This document shows positions 18,062 to 26,749 of a stretch of 64,000 bases of DNA, in pieces. Under the pieces are notes generated by a model. The model ran no database searches and was not told where the DNA came from. It saw only the letters and a program-made list of their open reading frames with translations. The stretch is from Bdellovibrionales bacterium. GTDB lineage: Bacteria; Bdellovibrionota; Bdellovibrionia; Bdellovibrionales; UBA1609. The translations under genes were made by a program, and so were the position numbers. Every line of letters starts with the position of its first letter. The stretch's first letter is position 1. The stretch lies in NCBI GenBank assembly GCA_965203095.1, contig OZ241877.1, positions 864,001-928,000 on the forward strand. Direction: 5' to 3'.

Positions 18062-18844
18062 AGCTCTATTTTGGAGAAAAAGACTTAACCATTTAAGCTT
18101 TTCAGCTCTTTTTTTAAAAGGTTTTATCGCGGTTAAGCTTTTTTGAATTGCGGACTTCAATTCCTTAAGACCCTCTTGTTTTGAGTTAAAAAAAGAAAGC
18201 TTATCTTGCAAGTCATCTGCGATTTGATAGGCTATTCCCATATTTTGGCTATAGTTTTGAAGAGCCTTTTTTTCTTTATGATTTTTCCCCCATAAAAGAA
18301 AAGGCCCTAAAACAGAGGCGGATATAAGAGAGCTGGTTTTTAATTGGATCATTTTTAAAAATTGAGATTTTGTGGTAAAATTCTCCCTTAAATCTAAAGC
18401 CTGCCCACTCATCAAGCCACTAAAACCCACTTCGGAGAGAAACAGATCCAAAACTTGTGCCCTCTTCTCGTCAAAAAGAGGATCTTTTAAAAAAGAAAAA
18501 CTTTGGACAAAAAGACAAGTTCCAGCCAAAAGAGCTATGTCTTCTCCAAAAACTAAGTGATTGCACTTTTTTCCTCGGCGGGTTTTGCTGTCATCCATAA
18601 GAGGCAGATCATCATGAATAAGGCTGGCACAATGGATCATTTCCACAGCCATGGCCCAAGGGAAAATATCTTGAGGTTTTTTTCCAAAAACATGAGCAGA
18701 GGCAAAACACAAATGAGGGCGAAAGCGAGAGGCTTTTCCAAATAAACTGTAAAATAAAGATTTTTTTAAAAGCTTTTGAGATGGCAATAAGGCTTTTGAG
18801 AAAAGTTTTTGCAGGTGCTTTTTAAAAACCGATTCAAAATCCAT
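18032..18844 (-). CDS. ispA: Polyprenyl (farnesyl) diphosphate synthase
   Basis: SLIHDDLPLMDD..RRG, GQALD, YQIADDLQD; follows xseB. Confidence 0.9.
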   Translation of the reverse strand: MDFESVFKKHLQKLFSKALLPSQKLLKKSLFYSLFGKASRFRPHLCFASAHVFGKKPQDIFPWAMAVEMIHCASLIHDDLPLMDDSKTRRGKKCNHLVFGEDIALLAGTCLFVQSFSFLKDPLFDEKRAQVLDLFLSEVGFSGLMSGQALDLRENFTTKSQFLKMIQLKTSSLISASVLGPFLLWGKNHKEKKALQNYSQNMGIAYQIADDLQDKLSFFNSKQEGLKELKSAIQKSLTAIKPFKKRAEKLKWLSLFLQNRALKFSKFSLR

Positions 18845-18894
18845 AAACTTTTACATAAGGAAAAATTAAAAGCATCTCTTTAAAATCAATTTTT

Positions 18895-19137
18895 TTAATC
18901 CTCATTTTCAGAAGAAGGCTCAAAATCTTCTGTCTCTGGTTCTCCCGTCTCTTCATTGATTCGGACTAACTTTTGAACGGACTGCTCTGCTGACTTCAGC
19001 TCCTCTCGGCATTTTTTAATCAGTTGTAAAGCTTTTTTAAAAGTCTCAATGGATTCTTTTAAACCAAGCTCCCCACTGGACATTTTCTCACTTATTTTTT
19101 CCAACTCTTTCAAGTTTTTTTCAAAATCCATATTCAC
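18895..19137 (-). CDS. xseB: Exodeoxyribonuclease VII small subunit
   Basis: FEKNLKELEKI..L.ESI..F; between xseA and ispA. Confidence 0.93.
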   Translation of the reverse strand: MNMDFEKNLKELEKISEKMSSGELGLKESIETFKKALQLIKKCREELKSAEQSVQKLVRINEETGEPETEDFEPSSENED

Positions 19138-20327
19138 TCCTCCTTTTCTGTGACAACAGCTACAGCTTGCCCCTTTAAGAACTTTATATGAATACTGTCT
19201 TTAATTTTCAAGCCTTTTGTGTTATGCAGAATTTCCCCCTCAGCATTTGTGACAATGGAAAAGCCCCTTGTCATTACTGTTTGAGGGTTAAGGGAATGCA
19301 AAACCTGCTCTAAGTTTTTGAGCTGAACTTTAGATTTTTCAAAAACCATTTTAAGATTCTGGTTTAACTGTGAACTGATCTCGTCTAATTTTTGAGAGCT
19401 ATCCCTGAGCAGTCTGTTGGGGCGAACAAGACTCTTTTCTAAAGAGGAAATCCTGTCTTTTAAAAAACTCAGCTGAAGTTGAAGATTTTGGCTTATATGT
19501 TTTTTTATCCTTTGGAATTTTGTCAATAAGTCCTGAGCATTTTGAGTCACAAGCTCTGCGGAGGCTGAGGGTGTCGGTGCTCTTAAATCCGAGACAAAAT
19601 CACAGATAGTGAAGTCAATCTCATGCCCCACGGCGGAAATTATAGGAACAGAATGTTCCGCAATAGCACGGGCCAGCTTTTCGTCATTAAAAGCCCACAG
19701 ATCTTCCATAGATCCTCCACCTCTTCCAATGATTAAAACATCTAAAGGCAGTTTTTTAGAATCCGACAGTGCCTTTAACAAACTAACTGGGGCCTCCGCC
19801 CCTTGCACTAAAGCGGGAATCACAGTCACTTTTAAGTTTTTAAACCGCCGATTCAAAATTTGCAAAATATCACGAATGGCCGCCCCTGTGGGAGAGGTAA
19901 TAACAGCTATATGGCGAGGGAAGAGGGGGATAGCTTTTTTTCTCTCCGGATCAAATAGCCCTTCTTTTTTCAATTTTCTTTTTATGTCTTCAAATTCTTT
20001 CTGCAAAAGGCCAGAGCCTACAATTTCCATCTCAGAACATAAAATTTGGTAATCCCCCCTGGGGGGATAAGAGCTGATTTGCCCATAAACCAAAACCTCT
20101 TCACCTGTTCGTGGGCGAAAAGAGAGTTTTTGATTTTTCCCTCTAAACATAGCCCCCTTAATTTGTGCCTTTTCATCCTTTAAACTAAAATACCAATGGC
20201 CAGAGCTATGGGCGATAAAGTTAGACAATTCCCCTTTTAACCAAAGGGCAGGGAATTGAGATTCCAAACAAGTTCGTATCTGATGAGAAACTTGCGAAAC
20301 AGTTAAAATATTTTTATCTTTATCCAT
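19134..20327 (-). CDS. xseA: Exodeoxyribonuclease VII large subunit
   Basis: SGHWYFSLKD, TSPTGAAIRD, RGGGSMEDLWAFN, GHEIDFT, RAPTPS. Confidence 0.97.
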   Translation of the reverse strand: MDKDKNILTVSQVSHQIRTCLESQFPALWLKGELSNFIAHSSGHWYFSLKDEKAQIKGAMFRGKNQKLSFRPRTGEEVLVYGQISSYPPRGDYQILCSEMEIVGSGLLQKEFEDIKRKLKKEGLFDPERKKAIPLFPRHIAVITSPTGAAIRDILQILNRRFKNLKVTVIPALVQGAEAPVSLLKALSDSKKLPLDVLIIGRGGGSMEDLWAFNDEKLARAIAEHSVPIISAVGHEIDFTICDFVSDLRAPTPSASAELVTQNAQDLLTKFQRIKKHISQNLQLQLSFLKDRISSLEKSLVRPNRLLRDSSQKLDEISSQLNQNLKMVFEKSKVQLKNLEQVLHSLNPQTVMTRGFSIVTNAEGEILHNTKGLKIKDSIHIKFLKGQAVAVVTEKEE

Positions 20328-20401
20328 AATATTTTAGGTTCAGGGGTATTTATATTATACATATCAAATTAAATCAACTGAGGTAAATAAAAAAAGAAGG
20401 A

Positions 20402-21529
20402 TTAAAAACCTAACTGCTGACGGATGAGTTTTTGACGAATTTTGAATAGGCTGGATTTTTGTATTTCAGAAACAAAATAAATGCTTTGTATTCTTTCAAA
20501 AGGAAGAACTTTAGAGTTAAAAGTTCTGACTAATTTTTGAATTTTTGTAATATTAAAATCAGAGCTGACCAAAGCCAACTGAGCACCCTGTCGCCTGTCA
20601 GGCAGAGCTGTAAGATAGCCTTCTTTTTTAAAGCGGAGTGACAATTCTTCCAATAAAACCGAAAGCTTTTGCAGATCTACTCTTTCCCCAAGAATTTTTA
20701 TTTCCTCTTCTCTCCTCCCTTTAATCAGCAAAAAATTTTTATTTAAAACCGCTTTGTCTGGTAATTTTAGCCAACCTTTAGAATCTTTAGGATCAAAAAG
20801 TTTGTTTTTTTGAAGGTCAAAACTCTTAGTGAGAAGGCTGGAACTTTTTATTTTGATTTGTGAAAATATTTGCTTTATTTCTATATGCTTAAGAACTTTC
20901 ATTTTTGGAAATTTATTTTTATTTAAAGAGGAAAGGCTGGCTGAAGCCACCTGAGAGCTGGCCTCTGTCAAGCCATAAGAGATCAAAATGGGCCAACCTA
21001 AGGCTCTGCCTTTTTTATAAAGCAATGGAGACAAACTATCCCCCCCCACTATTACAGCTCTTAAGCTTTTAGGGGCTTTAATTTTATTTTGGACCAAGTC
21101 ATAAATTTGAGCCGGAACTAAAGAGCTTAAACTGATTTTTTTTTCTTTTAACTGCTTTTGAAAAGAGTGAGCCTGCCATTTGCCCCGGCTCTTATAGAAG
21201 GAAAAGCCTCCGCAAAAACTTCGAGCTAAAATAGACAAGCCCGCTATGTGAAACAAAGGAAGAGATACTAACCAACGATCCTTTTTGTGAGTTTGAAGGT
21301 TTTTATTAACCGCATGGGCTGAACTGAGAATAGCGGATTTTGAAAGCAAACAAATCTTCCCTCTATTAGAAGTAAAAAGATAAATATGAGATTTTAAAAA
21401 AGGAAGTTTTTTAGTTAGCTTAGCCAATGCCTTTGCCTGAGGGTGCCGGGGATTAAAAAAGTAATGGCTATGAGGGCTTTCCCAGTCAATTTTATGATTA
21501 TTTATATAAAGAGTTGTTTTTCTTCTCAT
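20402..21529 (-). CDS. menE: o-succinylbenzoate-CoA ligase (short, divergent)
   Basis: LPLFHIAGL, SLVPAQ, VGGD, SYGLTEASSQ, GERVD; in men operon. Confidence 0.8.
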   Translation of the reverse strand: MRRKTTLYINNHKIDWESPHSHYFFNPRHPQAKALAKLTKKLPFLKSHIYLFTSNRGKICLLSKSAILSSAHAVNKNLQTHKKDRWLVSLPLFHIAGLSILARSFCGGFSFYKSRGKWQAHSFQKQLKEKKISLSSLVPAQIYDLVQNKIKAPKSLRAVIVGGDSLSPLLYKKGRALGWPILISYGLTEASSQVASASLSSLNKNKFPKMKVLKHIEIKQIFSQIKIKSSSLLTKSFDLQKNKLFDPKDSKGWLKLPDKAVLNKNFLLIKGRREEEIKILGERVDLQKLSVLLEELSLRFKKEGYLTALPDRRQGAQLALVSSDFNITKIQKLVRTFNSKVLPFERIQSIYFVSEIQKSSLFKIRQKLIRQQLGF

Positions 21530-21532
21530 AAA

Positions 21533-22471
21533 TCAGATCCATCGCACCCAAGGTTCTTTTTTTAAAAAATCACCAAAGCCAAAACCAAAACCCGCTGGCG
21601 GAATAAAGCCTTTAGAGTTTTCTGCTAAGTGATAGGCTTTTATTTTGTTAAGCCCAGAAAATACAAAAGCCCCTGTCTCAAAAAATCGAGGGTAAAGTTT
21701 ATAAAATTGGCCCGCCCAAAAACCAGCAATTGCTTGGCCAAAGAGATGATCCTTACTGTGAGTGAATATAACTCTCTTCCATCGGGAAAAGGAGGGGTTT
21801 TTAATTAAAAGATCTATTCGATCTCTTGAGGGTTTAACAATTTTTATTTGAGCTGAGGGGAGAGAAAGCCAATCCTCTGCAAAAAGCCGATGATCTGATC
21901 CTTTAAAAAGATCTTTTTCTAAAAGAGGATCTTCAATAAAATCTATATTGGATTTTAAAAATTTAAGTGGGGCTTTCCACTCTCGCCAACTTCTGCCATT
22001 TAGATCTAACCTCCATTTCACCCCTGGGATCTGCTGGTTTAAATTTTTTAAATGTTGAATTTGCTCTGCCTTTTTATGAGGTTGAAGTTTGACTTTAATA
22101 ATAGCTGGATCCCATTTTAAATTTGTTTTCTTAAAACAAGATAGATCTTCAATTAAAAAGTGACTTTTAGGAATTTTTAAACCAAAAAATAAACTTCTTT
22201 TTTGAGATCGTGCTTTAGCGTCTAAAAAAGCATTGTGCCGAGCGATTAAAAACCTAAGGCTAAGTTGGCCTTTTTGAATTTGCCTTAACTGCTGAAGTAA
22301 AGGAGCTTCTTTGTTAAAAGATGGCCAAGGCAAAAAATCGCTATAGCCTTTAAGGTTAGATCCAAAATCAAAAGATAAAAGAGCACCTTTTAATGAAGCC
22401 CCCCTCTCCCTTTGAAGTTTGTAAGGGGAAATAAAAAGCTTAAAAAATTTTGGTTTTGAAAAAAAAGTCAT
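21533..22471 (-). CDS. menC: o-succinylbenzoate synthase (divergent enolase superfamily)
   Basis: IKVK, WRLDLN, FIEDP, IVKPS; between menA and menE. Confidence 0.75.
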   Translation of the reverse strand: MTFFSKPKFFKLFISPYKLQRERGASLKGALLSFDFGSNLKGYSDFLPWPSFNKEAPLLQQLRQIQKGQLSLRFLIARHNAFLDAKARSQKRSLFFGLKIPKSHFLIEDLSCFKKTNLKWDPAIIKVKLQPHKKAEQIQHLKNLNQQIPGVKWRLDLNGRSWREWKAPLKFLKSNIDFIEDPLLEKDLFKGSDHRLFAEDWLSLPSAQIKIVKPSRDRIDLLIKNPSFSRWKRVIFTHSKDHLFGQAIAGFWAGQFYKLYPRFFETGAFVFSGLNKIKAYHLAENSKGFIPPAGFGFGFGDFLKKEPWVRWI

Positions 22472-22483
22472 GCTTTTTATCTC

Positions 22484-23362
22484 TTAAATCCAAAGCCCAA
22501 CAATCCAAAGCCCACTATAAACTGTGTAAAGTAAAGAGCAAAGGGCCAAATAAGAATTGTATTTTGAGGAAGAAGCTTGGCTCGCTATAAAGTAAATTAA
22601 AAGGGCAGAAAAAGGCATAACAAAAAAACTCAAAGCTCCGGATTTTAAACCCTGCCCCATCCAAAAAAAGCAAATCAAATAAATAAAAGCCTGAGCTATA
22701 GTGAGAAAAAACAAAGCATGGGTCCGGCCATACAAAGTCACAAAATGCCGCCGGCCACCCGCCCGATCTTCTTTTTCATCTCTTAGATGATTGATGAGCA
22801 AAAGGCTTAGTGACCAAAGCCCGCAAGGGATTCCTAAATAAATTATATTCATATCCCAGTGAAGGCTTTGCAGGTAATATGTTCCAAAAACAGCTATAGG
22901 GCCAAAAAAAAGAAAACAAAACAATTCTGAAAGGCCCAGCCTTAGAAGGGAAAACTTTGTCCCCGTATAAAGATAAGCTAAAACACAAGATACAATACCT
23001 AAGATCAAAATGGGCCAACCCCCTCTTAAAATGAGAGGAACACCTGCAAGCACAGCCAACACAGAAGTAAAAATAGCCCAGTTTTGTATTTGAGAAAAAG
23101 AGAGCTTTCCCGTTTGGCTGAGTCGCTTAGGGCCTTTTCTCAAATGACTATCTACTCCCTGCTTATAATCTAAAGCATCATTAAAAAGGTTGGCTGAAAT
23201 TTGAATACAACTGGCGGAAAGGGCTGTCCAAAACAAAATATCCTTTTTTAAAAATCCGGTTTGATAAAATGCCCAAGCACTGCTCATAGCGATAGGCGAT
23301 AAAATAGCTGGAAGGGTTTTCAGCCTTGCCCCTTCAATAAAAAAAACTATATATTCGCCCAT
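22484..23362 (-). CDS. menA: 1,4-dihydroxy-2-naphthoate prenyltransferase
   Basis: ARLKTLPA, NLFNDALDYKQGVD..RKGP.R, YLYT, NHLRD...D. Confidence 0.92.
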   Translation of the reverse strand: MGEYIVFFIEGARLKTLPAILSPIAMSSAWAFYQTGFLKKDILFWTALSASCIQISANLFNDALDYKQGVDSHLRKGPKRLSQTGKLSFSQIQNWAIFTSVLAVLAGVPLILRGGWPILILGIVSCVLAYLYTGTKFSLLRLGLSELFCFLFFGPIAVFGTYYLQSLHWDMNIIYLGIPCGLWSLSLLLINHLRDEKEDRAGGRRHFVTLYGRTHALFFLTIAQAFIYLICFFWMGQGLKSGALSFFVMPFSALLIYFIASQASSSKYNSYLALCSLLYTVYSGLWIVGLWI

Positions 23363-23488
23363 GAAAAACCTCTATCTCTTATCGCATAAGCAAAAGCCAG
23401 CGGTGAGGGTCCAAGGTATTGCCGTCCCGAACAAGCTGGACTTTTGCTTATGCGATCTGTCAAATGTAAGCTTTTTCACGGACGACTA
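23352..23488. mobile_element. MITE-like element, copy 2 (complete, 17-bp terminal inverted repeats, TATATA at both ends)
   Basis: Left TATTCGCCCATGAAAAA vs reverse complement of right TAGTCGTCCGTGAAAAA (14/17); stem 23381-23456; core 23404-23431. Confidence 0.88.
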
Positions 23489-23518
23489 TATATTGTTTGA
23501 ATGGCAAAAAGCCCTCTC

Positions 23519-24340
23519 CTAAGGATAGCGAGGGAAACGGGAGAAATCGGGTTCTCTTTTTTCTAAAAAAGCTTTTTTGCCCTCTTCTGCTTCTTCTGTT
23601 TGATAATATAAAAGAGTGGCTTGAGCTGAAAGATCCAACAAACCCATCTGGCCATCACAATCGGCATTCATAGCGGATTTTAGGCAACGAAGAGCCGTGG
23701 GAGAATGCTTTAAAATCTCCTTAGCCCATTTTAAAGTTTCTTCTTCTAATTTTTTTAAAGGAACTACTTTGTTGACCAAACCCATATCCAAAGCCTCCTT
23801 AGCAGAATATTGCCGGCAGAGAAACCATATTTCACGAGCTTTTTTTTGCCCCACAATGCGAGACAAATAAGAGGAACCTAAGCCACCGTCAAAAGATCCC
23901 ACCTTAGGTCCGGTTTGGCCAAAGCGGGCATTACTGGCCACGATGCTTAAGTCACACACAACATGAAGAACATGCCCCCCGCCAATGGCATAGCCTGCCA
24001 CACTGGCAATAACAGGTTTAGGTAAAGAGCGAATCTGTTTTTGAACATCTAAAATATTCAAGCGAGGCAAACCTTGGCGATCCGCATAGCCCGCTTTTAC
24101 TCTCACTTTTTGATCTCCTCCGGCAGAAAAGGCTTTATCCCCTTTCCCTCTTAGAATGACAACGCCAATTTGCCCATCCTCCCGGCAGATCTCTAAAGCC
24201 TCTTTCATCTCTTTTACTGTGAGCGGACGAAAAGCATTATGTTGCTGGGGCCGGTTGATGGTGATGCGAGCTATCCCTTGATTTGTTTTTTCAAACTCAA
24301 TGTCAGTATAAGCTTTAATTTTCTTCCACAGTTTTTTCAT
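23519..24340 (-). CDS. menB: 1,4-dihydroxy-2-naphthoyl-CoA synthase
   Basis: [36 protein letters not shown]. Confidence 0.97.
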   Translation of the reverse strand: MKKLWKKIKAYTDIEFEKTNQGIARITINRPQQHNAFRPLTVKEMKEALEICREDGQIGVVILRGKGDKAFSAGGDQKVRVKAGYADRQGLPRLNILDVQKQIRSLPKPVIASVAGYAIGGGHVLHVVCDLSIVASNARFGQTGPKVGSFDGGLGSSYLSRIVGQKKAREIWFLCRQYSAKEALDMGLVNKVVPLKKLEEETLKWAKEILKHSPTALRCLKSAMNADCDGQMGLLDLSAQATLLYYQTEEAEEGKKAFLEKREPDFSRFPRYP

Positions 24341-24540
24341 GTGTTTTTAAAATCCGGCATTTTTGTTCCCATCGCCTGATCTCCTTTTATTATAACAGGA
24401 GGATCCTCTTGAACAGGGGCGGAAGGGACTTTTCGTGAAAAAAAATACTGCTCCACAATAGAGCTTTGTTGAAAAATAGTTAAGAGATCCTGGCTTGTAA
24501 GCCTTTGCTGTTGTGCTTTAATTTTTTTATTGTTTGGCAT
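24337..24540 (-). CDS. Small hypothetical protein coupled to menB
   Basis: 67 aa; stop overlaps the menB start (ATGA). Confidence 0.45.
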   Translation of the reverse strand: MPNNKKIKAQQQRLTSQDLLTIFQQSSIVEQYFFSRKVPSAPVQEDPPVIIKGDQAMGTKMPDFKNT

Positions 24541-24642
24541 TTTGCCTTTTCAGGGCGGTTGTTTTTTAAAAAACTCTTGTTTGGAAAAAGCCCTACTCCT
24601 TTTATATGTGTTTTGATGATTTGTTTCAAGAAGATTTAAACA

Positions 24643-25383
24643 CTATTTTAAGCCCAAGTAATGATATTTTAAAATGCCTAAGGCCAAAAGTCCGGCCGTC
24701 TCCAACCTTAATATCTGCTCCCCCATAGAAAAAACAAAAGCCTTTTCCCTTAAAGAAAACTCTTTGGCTTCCTCAGCCGAAAAGCCCCCCTCAGCCCCAA
24801 TAAAAAGCCAGACTCCCGATGGTTGAGGATTTTTTTGCAATAATTGAGCTAAAGGGAGGACTGCTCTCTGGCCTTCGTAAGCCATGAGTGCCAGATCTCC
24901 TTTAGGGATTTTGATTTCCCTAAGAGGGAGAGGGGCTTTAATGCTCATTTTTTCCGTCCGGCCGGTTAAGGCCATGCTTTGTTCAACAATTTTATTCCAT
25001 CGTTTAAGACGCGAAGAGGGCAGTTGAGATGATTTTTTAAAAAAACTGAGTTGGGAGCTAAAGGGATGAAAACTCTTAACCCCTATTTCCACAGCTTTTT
25101 CTATAAGAAAATCCATTTTTTGTAGGCGAGCGAGGGCCAAGGCCAAATGCAAATAAGGTTTTTTTAAAGGAGGAACAGGCCATGACTTTAAAATTTCAGC
25201 AGTGGCTTGAGATGGAAAAATCTGGCTCAACCGGACTTTGTATTTTGCCAATCCCTCACAGTAAAGCTCAAAAATATCCCCTTTTTTCATCCGGGCAACC
25301 CGGCATATATGATGATAAAGGGAGTTTTTTATAATAAACTCTTTATTTTTTAAATAAGATCGATCAATCCAAAATCGAAGGAT
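24643..25383 (-). CDS. rsmE: 16S rRNA m3U1498 methyltransferase
   Basis: EKAVEIGV, FIGAEGGFS..E, MGEQILRLETA; frame is open upstream of ATG 25290 through HHICRVAR to ATC at 25383. Confidence 0.9.
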   Translation of the reverse strand: MLRFWIDRSYLKNKEFIIKNSLYHHICRVARMKKGDIFELYCEGLAKYKVRLSQIFPSQATAEILKSWPVPPLKKPYLHLALALARLQKMDFLIEKAVEIGVKSFHPFSSQLSFFKKSSQLPSSRLKRWNKIVEQSMALTGRTEKMSIKAPLPLREIKIPKGDLALMAYEGQRAVLPLAQLLQKNPQPSGVWLFIGAEGGFSAEEAKEFSLREKAFVFSMGEQILRLETAGLLALGILKYHYLGLK

Positions 25384-25409
25384 GGCTCAGCCTCTTTTTA
25401 AGAAAATTT

Positions 25410-25631
25410 TTAAGATCGGCTAAAAAGCTTAACCTGCCCTGCTTTTTTTGACAAAAGTGCGGGTTCTAAAAGTGCAGAAGATTCTGGGGATAGCTCTCCT
25501 CTTCTAACAGCCTTGCTTTTAGGAGCTGAAATGCCTAACCGCACCTGTCGGCCACGAATCTGAACAATTTGAACTACAATATCTCCATCAATAGTGATGG
25601 TTTCACCAGCTTTTCGAGTTAAAACCAACAT
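25410..25631 (-). CDS. csrA: Carbon storage regulator CsrA
   Basis: MLVLTRKAGETITI..QVRLGISAPK...RRGE; RBS AAGGAGG. Confidence 0.93.
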   Translation of the reverse strand: MLVLTRKAGETITIDGDIVVQIVQIRGRQVRLGISAPKSKAVRRGELSPESSALLEPALLSKKAGQVKLFSRS

Positions 25632-25834
25632 TAGGACCTCCTTAAATAACGACAGGAACATTAAAAAACTTGTCTTAGGGATTGGGCATCACACAGACAA
25701 CGGCACTTAAACTAACAGCTTGTTTTTTAAAGTCAAGGCTTATAAATAAAAAATATTGAGATCTCAGCAATTATAGCCTGCGTCATTTTTTGACTGCTTT
25801 CTTAAATTAAGGGATACTTTAAAAAGGCAACAGG

Positions 25835-26737
25835 ATGTGGCTTTTTTTCTTTCTTTTCTCTTTTTGGCCCTCTCTGGCGGAAAGCCCTTTTGTGGCCTGG
25901 CCTGTTAGTGCTCCTGAAGAGAACCTGTCAAAAGCTAAAAAACTCAATTTTAAGCCTTTTCCGGTGATTCATCGGCCAGAAGTGACCCGCTGGGTTCATT
26001 TTTTTAGCCATAGCTCCTCTCCTTACTTCAAGCTATGGCTCAAAAGGGCCTATCGCTACTTTCCTAATATGGAAAGGATTTTTCAAGATAGTGGTTTGCC
26101 AAAGGAGCTGGTTTCTATGAGTTTAGTAGAGAGCAGTCTCTCTGCAAAGGCGGTCAGCTCGGCAAAAGCAGTGGGTTATTGGCAGTTTATTGAGCCTACG
26201 GGTTTAAAATTCGGCTTAAGGATAAATAGTTGGATTGATGAAAGGCGAGATTTTCAAAAAAGCACTCAGGCCGCTGTTAAATATCTCCACCAACTTTATG
26301 AAGAGTTTGAAGATTGGCTATTGGTCATGTCAGCTTACAATATGGGGGAGAGCCGTTTAAGGGCCTTAATTCAAAAACATAAAACAAAAAATTTTTGGCT
26401 TTTATCACAAAAAGCAGATTTTCCTACAGAGACCGCTCTTTATGTTCCTAAAGTTTTGGCCGCTGTTCATATTGTTCGTGACCCTGTGTCTTACGGCTTG
26501 AGTGAGTTTGTTGTCCTTCCCCCTTATAACTATGATATTTTTTTTATTCCTGGGGGCACTAACTTAAAAAAGCTATCTCAAGGGGCAAAAATCTCTTTGG
26601 CAGAGATAAAATTACTGAATCCCGACTTAAAAAGCGAAATTATCCCTAAAAGTATTTCTTTTCATCAAGTTCGGATTCCTAAAGGCACTGGCATATTGAT
26701 CTCTAATTGGCTGGACAAACAGCCCTCCATTGATTAG
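25835..26737 (+). CDS. Lytic transglycosylase (SLT domain, MltD-like)
   Basis: SLVESS, SSAKAVGYWQFI, DERRD, AYNMGE, ETALYVPK. Confidence 0.9.
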   Translation: MWLFFFLFSFWPSLAESPFVAWPVSAPEENLSKAKKLNFKPFPVIHRPEVTRWVHFFSHSSSPYFKLWLKRAYRYFPNMERIFQDSGLPKELVSMSLVESSLSAKAVSSAKAVGYWQFIEPTGLKFGLRINSWIDERRDFQKSTQAAVKYLHQLYEEFEDWLLVMSAYNMGESRLRALIQKHKTKNFWLLSQKADFPTETALYVPKVLAAVHIVRDPVSYGLSEFVVLPPYNYDIFFIPGGTNLKKLSQGAKISLAEIKLLNPDLKSEIIPKSISFHQVRIPKGTGILISNWLDKQPSID

Positions 26738-26749
26738 TCTTTTCACTTA

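Noticed and set aside
19609..20052. 147-aa antisense ORF and similar shadow ORFs (2536-2925, 4994-5374, 27784-28140, 33648-33989)
   Set aside because: Antisense or alternate-frame shadows of well-supported genes, without recognisable motifs
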